DNA from: Lophium mytilinum
Lineage: Eukaryota
Reading direction: 5' to 3'
NCBI GenBank assembly: GCA_010093605.1
Contig: MU004189.1
Coordinates: forward strand, 1,123,834-1,187,833
Length of the DNA stretch: 64,000 bases
The translations under genes were made by a program, and so were the position numbers. This document shows positions 49,301 to 59,863 of this stretch, in pieces. The notes under the pieces were generated by a model, which saw only the letters and a program-made list of their open reading frames with translations, did not search any database and was not told the origin of the DNA. Every line of letters begins with the position of its first letter. Positions within the stretch are counted from its first letter, which is position 1.

Positions 49301-49516
49301 GCAGGCCTCTAAAGAATTCTAAACCCCTCTTAGGTATATTACTATAATATTACCGCCTACTAACGCACCTTTTATAGTATTATATGCCTCTAGAAGCTTT
49401 AAAGCTTCTAAAGAAGCTAATAGCCTAATATACTAATAGCGTACAGCGTAAAGTAGTAAGCGCAATATGCTATTATAAATATAATTTAATAGTAAATTAG
49501 ATCTAGAAGAAAAGAA

Positions 49517-49721
49517 TATAGAATTCTTAATATATAGTTAATATTTAAATATTATATATATAATATATAGATCTACTATAGAAACGCCTTTCTATATAGA
49601 TCTAGTATAATTAAGGCCTATATAGGCCTCTCTAATGTGTATATAGACTAGCTAGATTCCTATATAGAATTAACATCTATTGTCCTCTAAATTCTTACAT
49701 TACGTGATTGGAAATATCACA
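49517..49721 (+). repeat. 3' LTR (205 bp; distal half largely un-RIPed, ends in CA)
   Basis: Direct repeat of 39932-40136; ends ...GGAAATATCACA followed by ACCC. Confidence 0.94.
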
Positions 49722-50613
49722 ACCCGCACCGCCCTCGTAACAGGAACGCTCGGTGATCCCCAACTCCAAGCGCTCCGAAATTTACCAACCCGCGACTTCG
49801 ACAAATAGCTCTACACCGCGCGAGTTCATTGCACCTGTGAACCTCGAGGATAGTTATGACCCAACAGCGGTCACCGTTCCGTAGAGAGGAAAAGCAAAGA
49901 ACGAGTACACTCCCGCAATAAAGCTAGACTACTATATCTCTCGAAGACGGCCTCCCCACTCGCCTATATCGCGAGAACCCAGTGCTGCTATCAATTAGCT
50001 ATGCCGTGCTATTATGGATATTCCAGCTTTGTCAACCATTACTGAAGAAATACTTCAACCCAAGATCCAATCAAGCCTTTCCATGGAGTTGAAGGTGAAA
50101 GGGTCGCCCCTTGAGGAACCTTGGGCACCCGAATTTCGAAATCTAGGTGTCGGCCGAGCTGTCATCCATTCAAGGAGTGCATCTGCGCCCTGCGGCGAGT
50201 ATAAGTCTCGTGGAGGCTTATCCTCACGTGACTTGCGGCGAAGATGTTAGGTAGAAGCCTGCCTCAGTCTGCTCACCCTTCAAGTCAGGAACCTACACCG
50301 CCACAAGGCACCATTAATTACGCACGAGGGTAAGTGATCCGGGGGCCTAGCTGCGAAGTGGTTCGTCCAAGTGACCTTGCGCAAGGGTATAAGAAGTCAA
50401 GAAAGAGCCTGCATGCTTCCCTCTCGCTATCCTCACAACTCACCTCCATATTGAGATTCACGCACCGCATTCATAAAGAACACAAGTCCGACATCCAAAA
50501 CGCAATCAACCAAACCTTTACCATTCAATCATCAAATTTAACACTACCACTGTTGGATACACATACCTCTTAGTCTGTTCTCAGCAATATTCGGTGACCC
50601 ACCCACGATTCCC

Positions 50614-51126
50614 ATGGAGTACAAAGACATCACCGAGACAATCTCTAGTCTTAGAATCTGGTCATCTAGTCAAACCTTGCGCCTACTATCTTCATCCGAT
50701 CGACACCACCAGAGGCCTAGAAGCCGAGACACTAGAACGGTCCCAGTACCCACCCGCTCGCACTCAACCAGGGAGCACCAATCCTCTAGCTCTCGCACAC
50801 CCACACAACGCGTCGCTCGGGTAGTCCCAGCACCAACCCGCAGGCAATCTGCTGTCCCCGCCCCCTCCCAAGTCCGTTCGAGCACCTATACTACATCCAG
50901 GTACACCCCTGTTGCCCATCCTGTCCAAGCTCGCTCAAACACAAAGGCCCGAGGGCCCTATGAAGCACCAATTCCGCCGAGACGTGATCGCTCAGATTTC
51001 ACGGCGCAGCATCGACGTAGGGATGGGGACATAGAAGTGAGATACACACGAGAGCGCAGAGTCGTGCCTGAATACGACGAGCCAAGGCAGAAAGAGGAGA
51101 GAGTGAGAATAATCGTGCTTTCTTGA
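50614..51126 (+). CDS. Hypothetical Ser/Arg/Thr-rich protein (170 aa)
   Basis: ATG-initiated ORF after a TATA-like element (~50388) and a CA-rich leader; low complexity. Confidence 0.55.
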   Translation: MEYKDITETISSLRIWSSSQTLRLLSSSDRHHQRPRSRDTRTVPVPTRSHSTREHQSSSSRTPTQRVARVVPAPTRRQSAVPAPSQVRSSTYTTSRYTPVAHPVQARSNTKARGPYEAPIPPRRDRSDFTAQHRRRDGDIEVRYTRERRVVPEYDEPRQKEERVRIIVLS

Positions 51127-51604
51127 AGGAAGGGAATATTGAGGGTGGTTAGTGATAAAGACTAGGGAAATTTTCTAGTGGGGGCGTAAAGGGGTCGTTC
51201 GGCACGTGACATTTTAGACTAGACTTGTATTAATGCATCTTTCCATCTCCAAATTATCAATAGGAAATTATCCTACCCTTCCTTTCATGTTCACCCTGTG
51301 AACGAGCCCTACACGACAGCGAGCAATCGACATTCCATCACTTTCCATTGCGGCTGAAAGCTCCAGGCCGCATGTGGCGAAGCGTTAGTCAGCTCAGCTC
51401 ACGACCACCTCAAGGCATCTACACCACGGCGACAACTCCTATATAGCAACCCCAAACCCCATATCTCAGGCTTCAACAACAACCCGCACTAAACTCAGCT
51501 TCTAGCAGTTCCACCACAAATCTTAACTCACCCAAACCCATTTCAAGCACCCCATCTAAACCCTCTCAGCCTAGATTACCCCTTTCAGTAAGATAAGACC
51601 CAAA

Positions 51605-52369
51605 ATGGCCGCCCCATACGCTCCCCCAGCAGAATGGAACTCCGACACCCACCCCGTCTACCAACCCAACGCCAGCTCCTACGAGAACCTCGCCGCAGAC
51701 CCTCCGCCTCCGCTCTCTCCACTAGACGGCGAAGAAAAGCCCTGTCGTCGGCGGCATCGTCGCCGTCACCACTCCCCATCCCCTGGCAACCCCGACTCAT
51801 CCTCCCGTCACCAAAAATCCTCTCCATCACGCAACGCCCGGCCATCTCCATCACGCAAACCCCGCGACGGCACGAAATCAAAGTCCCCAGACCAGACCCA
51901 AAGCCAAAGCCTCCTCGGCCGGCTGTACCGCACCTTCATGTCGCGCGTGGAGCAGAACTCCCCCCGCGACCGCGAACCCTCGCGCGCAGAGCCCTTACCC
52001 GAATGGGCTTCTCTTCCCCCCGAGAGTCGCGACCGCACGCACCGCCGCAGCCACCGCCGCGACGAGCACGGCGAGCGCTCCCCCGCGCACCGGCGGCGTA
52101 GCAGTCGCAATGAGCGCTCGCCGGAGCTGTCGCCGCGCGCACACTCCCACCACCGAGATGAGGCTCCAGCTTCTCCGGATCTGCGCGGTGCGAAAGGGGA
52201 GCGGACGCATCGGCGGAGTCATCGGCGCGACGAGGGGTTGGCGCCAGATGCGCCGAGGCGGCACGAGAAGCGCGGGCATCGGAGTCGGAGTAAGGAGGGG
52301 GAGGAGGGGAAGAGGGGGCAGAGGCGGAGTCGGGGGTATGGGAATGAGTACCCACCTGATGGAGTGTAG
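51605..52369 (+). CDS. Hypothetical Arg/His/Ser/Pro-rich protein (254 aa)
   Basis: CAAAATGG start context, TATA-like element ~51440; repeated RTHRRSHRRDE motif. Confidence 0.6.
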   Translation: MAAPYAPPAEWNSDTHPVYQPNASSYENLAADPPPPLSPLDGEEKPCRRRHRRRHHSPSPGNPDSSSRHQKSSPSRNARPSPSRKPRDGTKSKSPDQTQSQSLLGRLYRTFMSRVEQNSPRDREPSRAEPLPEWASLPPESRDRTHRRSHRRDEHGERSPAHRRRSSRNERSPELSPRAHSHHRDEAPASPDLRGAKGERTHRRSHRRDEGLAPDAPRRHEKRGHRSRSKEGEEGKRGQRRSRGYGNEYPPDGV

Positions 52370-53817
52370 GGGTCACGGGGGCTGGGGTGATGTAGGGGTT
52401 GGGGGGGTGGTCAAGTGGACGGGGAGGGGTTGTCACGTGTGGGTCTTATGATCTTTTGACTAGGGGGGTATAAAAGCCCGACTGCGCCTTCTAGATCTTG
52501 CTTCTGCAGGGTGAGAAGGGAGGAGGAGGTCGATCAAGATTAACAATCCGGCACTTCCTATGGTGCAGTTCGTTTGCTGGGGATTGAAATATCCCTTCAA
52601 GCTTCCTTCATGGAGGAGGGGTGGGTGTTCGGCTGATCAAATCGCAATAACGACCTTACACATGGTCTCGGACCTGCAAACTGGTACGCGGCGTATGCCG
52701 ATGGAGAGCCCGTTGGTGGTGGTTGATCAAAAACTCTTCGCCATCCTTCTTTGATGGTGCTGAATTTCGGTGTAGGGATCAACGTGGCAAGCGATTCCCC
52801 GCATGAGTGGGTTGGCGGTGGAATCTGAGCGAGGGAGGTTGAATCCCAGCGAATGATGCTGGTGGACACCTTCGTTATCTGATGATGACGATGAGGCATT
52901 CGTGGCGGAGATGGAGACCTGTAAGTTTACCTACGAGTGTGTGGAAGTAATTGTATGTACTATCATTTGTACCGATCGTTAGTATGGCGAGGGGCTGGGC
53001 GCTATGAACTATCCAAAATAATGATCATCAGCTCCAAACGAGCAAAGCAAGCCCAACTTCTGCTCCATCGGAGAGTTCTGCCACATTTCCTGCACCACAC
53101 TCGCCCCGGCCATCGCAGCCCGTATCTCACTATTTTGAAGTAAAACTATAAGTACTGAACGCACGGGACCTTGTTCCTCCCAGTCGCAGGACCACTTTTC
53201 CAATGGAAAGAAATGTAGACAAAGAGAGAAGTTGGGGTTTTATACCTTCTCACCCTTGTTCTTCACGGGATGTCTTGGCATTGCACGTGATCTTCACATG
53301 TGACACTAGCGGATGGATGTCTCTCGGGTTAATTTGAATGCCGTGCACGCTGACCTAGCAGATGCTCATGTGGAAGTAAGCATGAAAGAAGACGATAAGA
53401 GATGACCAAGACCTGAGTAGACGCAACGTGACTAAATCTTGAGTAACCTACCAGGTAATTTTCGTAATACATCGGGAAAGCTTCGGAGACAACCCGGCAG
53501 ACTCATGTCAGACGACACTTTCGTCATTAGGCCACCCGCAAGATTGTTTGTACGACACAAAATAAATGAAAAGAGAGCTGATTCGTTCCTCTATACCGTC
53601 GGATTATGGAATTTCTCGAAATACGAAACGACAGCAGATTCGACATAAGATACTCAATACGAGAGCAGAGGTATTCGTATATGTACCTACAAAGAAGCCG
53701 AGTTATGCCCACGCCCATGCCATGCCAGCGCCAAGCCTGCTATGAACCCATGATATAGTCGTGAATCGTGAATCATCTCACCATCTAAAACCCCTCTCCG
53801 CAGTCTACCCATGCATC

Positions 53818-55068
53818 TCAACGATACTCCAGCGCCCTCCGCTCCCCTCTAACCTCCACCAACTCCCTCTCCCGCTCCTGGATCATGGGAATAGAAGGAG
53901 CTGGCGGCGGCAGCGGCGGCAGCAACAACTCCTTCAAATCCGCCTCCTTCTCAAACTCCTCCACCTCATGCGCACGGCCCACATGGTTCACGAGCGTCTC
54001 CACACTCCCACACACGACATCCACGTCGCGGTACCGGTTGCACAGCACGCACGCGAACTCGCCGTCCTCAGTGTGGCACTTCACAATAAAGCGCTGGCCG
54101 AGGCGGAACTCGCGCTCTTCGAGCACCTGCTTCTCGTAGGGCCCGTCGGGAATAAGAACCGGGGTGCGCTTCCCGATTTTCCAGAAGTCGGCGGGGGAGA
54201 TGGGGACCAAGACACGGCATTCGGGGCAGCGGCCGTCGCCGTGGTCGTCGAAGGCGGCGGCGAGCGGCTTGCGCGGGACGTATTGCAAGTCTAGGCTGTA
54301 TCTGCAGAATACGGAGTTGGGCTCGTCAATGACTGTTGCGGAACGGCGCGGGGGAGGGAGGGCGCGCGGGGCGGGGGAGGCGGTGCGGGATTCGAGGCGT
54401 TGTTGCTGTGCCCGGAGGGCGTCGATGGAGCCTTCGCGGGCGGATTGCGAGGCGAGCTTGAGTTTGTGGAGGTCGGATTGGGAGAGGGGGCGCTCGTTGT
54501 AGAGGGCGTCTTGGAGGATGTGGATAACGGTTTGCTGGAGGGAGATGATTTGGGCTTGCAGTTGGTTTTCGGTGAGGGCTGCGGGGTGTTAGTGGGTGGA
54601 TAGGCGATATGTGGTGTCCGCTGATGCCACAAAAGATGCATAAGACGTACTGTCTCCAACGGCGAACCTCCGCCCTAGCTGCTGGTAGCCTTGCTCGTAT
54701 TGTCGCTGTATCATGGCGCCAGATCGGTCCAGCGAATCGGAGAATTCGTCGCGAGGTCCGCCTCGGGGAGAGGGCCGTCGCCGGCTGTCGTCCCGGTCCC
54801 GGTCCCGCTTGTCTGACTTTTCGGCCTTCTCGACCTTTTCTTTGAGTTTCTTGATCTCTTCATCTTGCCCGGTATCTCTCTTGCGCTGCTGTCTCTTCTT
54901 CGCGATTGCTTCGTAGAGGCCCATGGACGAGGTAAAGGTGCCGACGAGGGTGGAGCAAAGCGTGGCTATAATGAAGGTTTTCTGGACACACATTAGCTGA
55001 GTCGTCCTAGCAAAGACCAGCGAACGCACCTTGAGGTTCTTCTCCTCAATCATATTGGAGTAGTTCAT
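53818..55068 (-). CDS. Hypothetical fungal protein with C-terminal Cys/His (zinc-binding-like) region; 3 exons (introns 55029-54982, 54650-54579)
   Basis: Canonical introns with CTAAT/CTAAC branch sites give one frame: STLVGTFT..RRFAVGD-TLTENQLQAQII..FCRYS..CPEC..KCH..FACVLC..LVNHVGRAH. Confidence 0.82.
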
Positions 55069-56430
55069 ATTGCTGGAGTCTCGTGAGCGAGCGGCCCACA
55101 ACGCTGAAGATGTCTAGACAACGCGGGCTCACGAAGAATGAGCAGCAAGCAGAGGAGTGAATGAAGAGTACGGAAATGACGTTTCAGCGCGCAAAGGCCG
55201 TCTACGAGGAGGCGGGGCGGATCGCATGGCCGTCCGTGAGGTATTAAGGAGCCGGACACTGACCGCAACTTGCTCGGCGGCACTCGGCTGTTTGGAGCGG
55301 GAGCGCTGGCCTGTGCCATGATGTCATCTGTCGTCCCGAGTCAGGCGATGGATGCGTGTCGTCGCTGGCAGCGCAAGTGCAGGCACTCCCCGGATTATTT
55401 GGTGTTGCGACGCCAATTTTGAAGGACGAAAGGAGTCTCGCGATCGTCTGCTGCTTGTCAGGCTGGGACGAGCATAAATAGGCAAATGCACGGGCCTTGG
55501 CAAGGCTTGAAGGCAGACGTTCCAAGGTTCTGTCACTTATTGGACCGATCAGCCAGCCAATCCAAGCCTCCGAACATATCGGGCATTTACGCCTTGGTCG
55601 AACTGCGGGGATAGTTTCTGCAAGGGCCCTTCGGGCCCCTGCAGCTTTGCATAGGTACAATGTCAATTTACAGCCTCCTGCTGCGATCATTCTCAAGATG
55701 TGGTGATGGTAGCTGTTTTCCCACTGTTCAGGGATCTCCTTGATCTGATTTGCCAATCTTACTCTACTGAAAGTGCTCTAGGCGTCCTGTCCTCGGTTTC
55801 AGGTTGATCTCCCGGGGGTAAATATTATCACGTGATACATATCGATCAACACAAATGAATTGATTTCCGGGCCAGAGACTAAAAGTCGGTTGGGATGTGT
55901 CAGTGCACCCCTTAATGTAACACTTCTTTGAGGTCGGCGGTTCGATACTGCCCAGGAGAAGAATCAACATCACGTGCACTCGGGGCTTGAACTGTTTCAA
56001 GATGGGAATGTACAAGCCATCCTCATATTTCTTCATCATTAAGTGAGCGTGTGCTTCCAGGGTCATAACTAGGTTTGCCCAGTTGTGGTCAATCAATTCT
56101 GCTGATGTAAGGCGTATTGAAACTCAAGGAACCACCGTCTCGTCTAGCCTCAAACCTTAATCCTTCCATCATCCATCCCGTAGTCGCCCATCACGGTCAC
56201 AATCTCTAAGACAGTACATATTCCAATTTTGAGTACATCCCAAGCTGCTGATATCAACCAAAAGCTCGCTATCTTACATCAATACATAACCCCAAGTATC
56301 GGCGAAAGTGTGTACACGCAAACACGTCTCCTTTCGAAACCCCATCTAAACCCCAACTACTTTCAGATTTTGACCGTCGTCAGAGTTCATTGTACCCTCA
56401 TATTCATGCCAGGCCATGCGCCTTCGTGTC

Positions 56431-58545
56431 CTAACCATCCGCAGTGTAGGGACAGCTTTGGCTTGACTTCCCATATGTCTTGAGGAGCAGCCGCATCCCA
56501 TTGCTCGTACAAGACGTGGATTTATCCTCTACAAGTGCCCGAGCCTGATGCTGTGCGACGGTTTTCACGCCGGTTGGACAAGGCCTAGACGATTTGCTAG
56601 ACCTCCCGTCTTCAACCATTCTATAAGTACGGTCTTCCCATTGAATTGACCCTCGTGCAATGTGAACTGGCCCACAGTCCAGCTCCGATTGAAATGGGTC
56701 ACGCAAGAAATCGACGTAGCAGACAAATCCGCTGCTCGACATAGCGGAGATTCCACCTCTCGAGAAAAGATTGGAAGGAGAAGCCTGGAAGCCGCTCAAA
56801 AGTTCGAAGTGAGTTCCGAATAGCGACGCATCATTCAAGAGACGTGGGTCCTCAGGGAGTCCCTCGAGAATCCTCCTGCTGTACTTATGGCTCGCCTTCG
56901 TCAAAAGGATTAATCCTTCGACTGGGAACTCTCCGCATTCGGCGAGTACTGAGGTTACTGTGTTGTGAAAGAGATCTACCCCGGTGTGAGAGAGGCATAT
57001 TTCCGACTCTTCATCGTCATCGAATGCAGCATTGGTGAAGAGATCTGCAATCAGTACCAAAGTGAAAAACAGGGATACTGCTCTACAATCCCGTCTCCCA
57101 TGTTGTCCAGGTCGGCACTCCTCGTGCAAACATTTCCCTGAGTGGCCTGTAAAACCATCGTGGAAACGATGACACGACTGGTGAACACAGCGGGAAGCCT
57201 TGGCATAAACAGACCGGACTTCGGTTATCCTAGGACCTTTGAAATAGACCCCTCTTAGTCGCACTATATTCGTGAGTTCCGGGGATCGGAGTCTTCTTTC
57301 AATCATTTGCTCGGGGCTTGTAATACGTTCCGGAGATCCGAATTGCTCTTCGATTCTGCGAATCTCAGCTTCGGCTCCAGGAACTAGACAGCGCAGCTCT
57401 GGTACGACTTTGCACAATTGGTGCAATATGCTCGTAGCAGATTTCACTCTCGTGAGATATGGGAACTCCAGGTAGTCATGGAATAGGAGTGCATATGTTG
57501 CGAAGAGATGAGCAAACGGCTGCAATTTTCCGTTCTTCTCGGATTTAAAAGCCGTCAATGCGTCGAAGCCATAGCAGCCTTGCAATATGTTATCCCATCT
57601 GACACGAGAATATGGAAAAAACATGTCGCCCTGGCGCCCCGGGTGCGATGTTCCTATCCGGACAAATTCTCCTAATTTGAGCGAGGTGACTCGACTAATC
57701 AAGCTAAGACGCGATTTTCGCTCGAGTCTCGGGGTGTTCTGGAACACGATTTGAGGTGTCTCTGTGGAGGTGTTGTAATTCTGAAATATGTCGCGTCCAT
57801 CGCACGAGTAGACAACAACTCGTAGCCCAAGGAACGAGTCGCAGAACTTAGCCGCCCAGATACCGATGGGTCCGCTCAGTACCTCTACCGCGTCCAACTC
57901 CTTCCGCTGTATGCGCCCAATCAGCACGAGAAACTCCGCTAATTCCCTGACGACCGTATCGTTGTTGACTATATCAGGGTCGCTCACTCCATCCCGAGAG
58001 TGATTTGCACTAGCTGGAATAGCATAATTCGATAGCTTGGAAAGCTGGTGCACCTCCAGCCCAAAAGTTGATGTGGCAAGTAGCCCTGAGCAGACCTCGG
58101 CGTATTGCACCCACTGATCATAACTTGGGGACAGATTCGAAGGGACTCGCACTAGCTTCGCCATCTCGTACAAAACCTTAGCAGCACGTTCTGGGCCGAA
58201 CCCTTCGGCGAGGCAAGCAACTAGCGCTACGCTTGAAGCCCCTTGGCTCGTATCAACCATTGTTCGTAGAATATGTCGCACTCCAATCCCGAACCAGAGC
58301 ATCGTTCCAAAGCTGCTGAATGCCTTGCAAGACGACACGGCTTCTTTCAGTTTTTTTTCCCCGGCAACACTGATAGGTAAACAGTGGCCCATCGCCTGCG
58401 CCATGGCAACCGTCAATGGCTGGAGCCCCGCGTCTGCTAACCTTCCTAGGATAGCCATGGAGGTATTGAACGGAATTTGGGCCAAGTTTGTCCAGTCAAC
58501 GGTACCATGCTGGGAAAACGCCGGTTCGATGGGAACGAGCGACAT
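56431..58545 (-). CDS. Uncharacterised 704-aa protein; 3' end possibly frameshifted
   Basis: Long single-exon ORF. N-terminal GTVDW..LGRLADAG..LWFGIG..G..VALVACLAE resembles a recurring ascomycete hypothetical family (from memory, unverified). Confidence 0.78.
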   Translation of the reverse strand: MSLVPIEPAFSQHGTVDWTNLAQIPFNTSMAILGRLADAGLQPLTVAMAQAMGHCLPISVAGEKKLKEAVSSCKAFSSFGTMLWFGIGVRHILRTMVDTSQGASSVALVACLAEGFGPERAAKVLYEMAKLVRVPSNLSPSYDQWVQYAEVCSGLLATSTFGLEVHQLSKLSNYAIPASANHSRDGVSDPDIVNNDTVVRELAEFLVLIGRIQRKELDAVEVLSGPIGIWAAKFCDSFLGLRVVVYSCDGRDIFQNYNTSTETPQIVFQNTPRLERKSRLSLISRVTSLKLGEFVRIGTSHPGRQGDMFFPYSRVRWDNILQGCYGFDALTAFKSEKNGKLQPFAHLFATYALLFHDYLEFPYLTRVKSATSILHQLCKVVPELRCLVPGAEAEIRRIEEQFGSPERITSPEQMIERRLRSPELTNIVRLRGVYFKGPRITEVRSVYAKASRCVHQSCHRFHDGFTGHSGKCLHEECRPGQHGRRDCRAVSLFFTLVLIADLFTNAAFDDDEESEICLSHTGVDLFHNTVTSVLAECGEFPVEGLILLTKASHKYSRRILEGLPEDPRLLNDASLFGTHFELLSGFQASPSNLFSRGGISAMSSSGFVCYVDFLRDPFQSELDCGPVHIARGSIQWEDRTYRMVEDGRSSKSSRPCPTGVKTVAQHQARALVEDKSTSCTSNGMRLLLKTYGKSSQSCPYTADG

Positions 58546-59863
58546 GTCGTGGATCTGACGTGGATATGATCAAGACTTCGATGTTCCGATATCTCAATTA
58601 GGGACTCCTCCGCTTAGATCTTTCGTAGGGAAATAAGATTGACGATAGAAGGCGCAAGATAATATAGTGGAATGTGCTCTGATACGCAAACAGACCGGAT
58701 ACCTAGCAAGCAAACAAACTTTCTCGAAGATCACCGGCTGATCCCTTTGCTAGATCAGAGCGCGCTGGCTTGCCTTTCACCCTGCTATATTCAACGTAAC
58801 GTAATTCTTAAAACTTGACACCTCAATGAGATACAACACTACGACACAAGTATACGCATCATTTCTATTACTGCTTAGGGTGCCTCCAAAGGCTTTGGAA
58901 CATCTAAACACTACTTACAAAAGTTAAGCTTTAACGTAGCCAAAGGCATGTTGCAATTTCGCTAAGCGACTACCTGCTATCCGTCCGGGCGACCCCTAAC
59001 AGTCGTGTTGAGGAGGCAAGATTGAAGCCTGACAGTGATATATCCGTGGGCCCAAACTTATGCTCACATGCTCTGTGATACCTACAAGTAGAGAGCGTAG
59101 AAGATTACTTCATTGCTAGAGAAGCTGTGGACCATAGTGGATGTAGACGTCAAATCTAATTGCTCCTGCTTTTTTTTTAACTTCAGCTTGCACTACGAGG
59201 CGGCTGAGTTGGGCCCGGGGGTGTGCGGAGAGTTTCCATCCGGCATCACGTGGGCACCAACCCTTGTTCAAGTCTAAATGTTTGGCACACTGCCGAGGAA
59301 AAACCTTCGGATTAGACTAATTGACATTGCTTCATACAAACTTCACAGCAATGGTAAGTGCCCCGGGGTCTCTCGTCCCCGTCTGGCTTTCCCCTTGTCA
59401 CCGGTTTCTTTCCTAGCTCTTTGATATCTGCCTCGCATCTTGTTCGGTCTAGGTCGCTGCACCTATTCTTCCCATCCTATACTAAAAATTCTGCTTCTAA
59501 AGGGCCTACGTAAGCTATGTTTGACGCTTCGCATCTTACGATCCGCTATTACTGCAACGGAATTAGCAATCTTCGCCGCGTCCGCGATCAGTATAACCAC
59601 TGTAACTCTAACGTTTTTTTAACGGAGCCGTTCATCGCTGACTTAGACATGCACATCAACTGTTCATCTCACTGCAAATTTGACACAAGATCAAGATGTT
59701 GTAATACTTCATTCTCATACAGTATAGTTCGGCGCGTGTACAATCTAGATTTTCTGGTTTATCACATTACTCTACCTCCCACACGCTGACAGCCAGACTT
59801 ACGTCACTCCCAGATGCTTCCCCAGCCGCCTGTTAGGCCCCTGGAAATCCCGCTTCGCGAGCT

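Larger units (their letters stand above)
39932..49721 (+). mobile_element. Ty3/Gypsy LTR retrotransposon, full length (~9.8 kb), RIP-inactivated
   Basis: Two 205-bp LTRs; ACCC target-site duplication (39928-39931, 49722-49725); purine tract before the 3' LTR; PR-RT-RH-IN domain order in relic motifs; extreme TpA enrichment. Confidence 0.95.

Noticed and set aside
51585..52451. Multiple overlapping ORFs on both strands
   Set aside because: Expected shadow ORFs in GC-rich low-complexity sequence; only 51605-52369 has a good start context.
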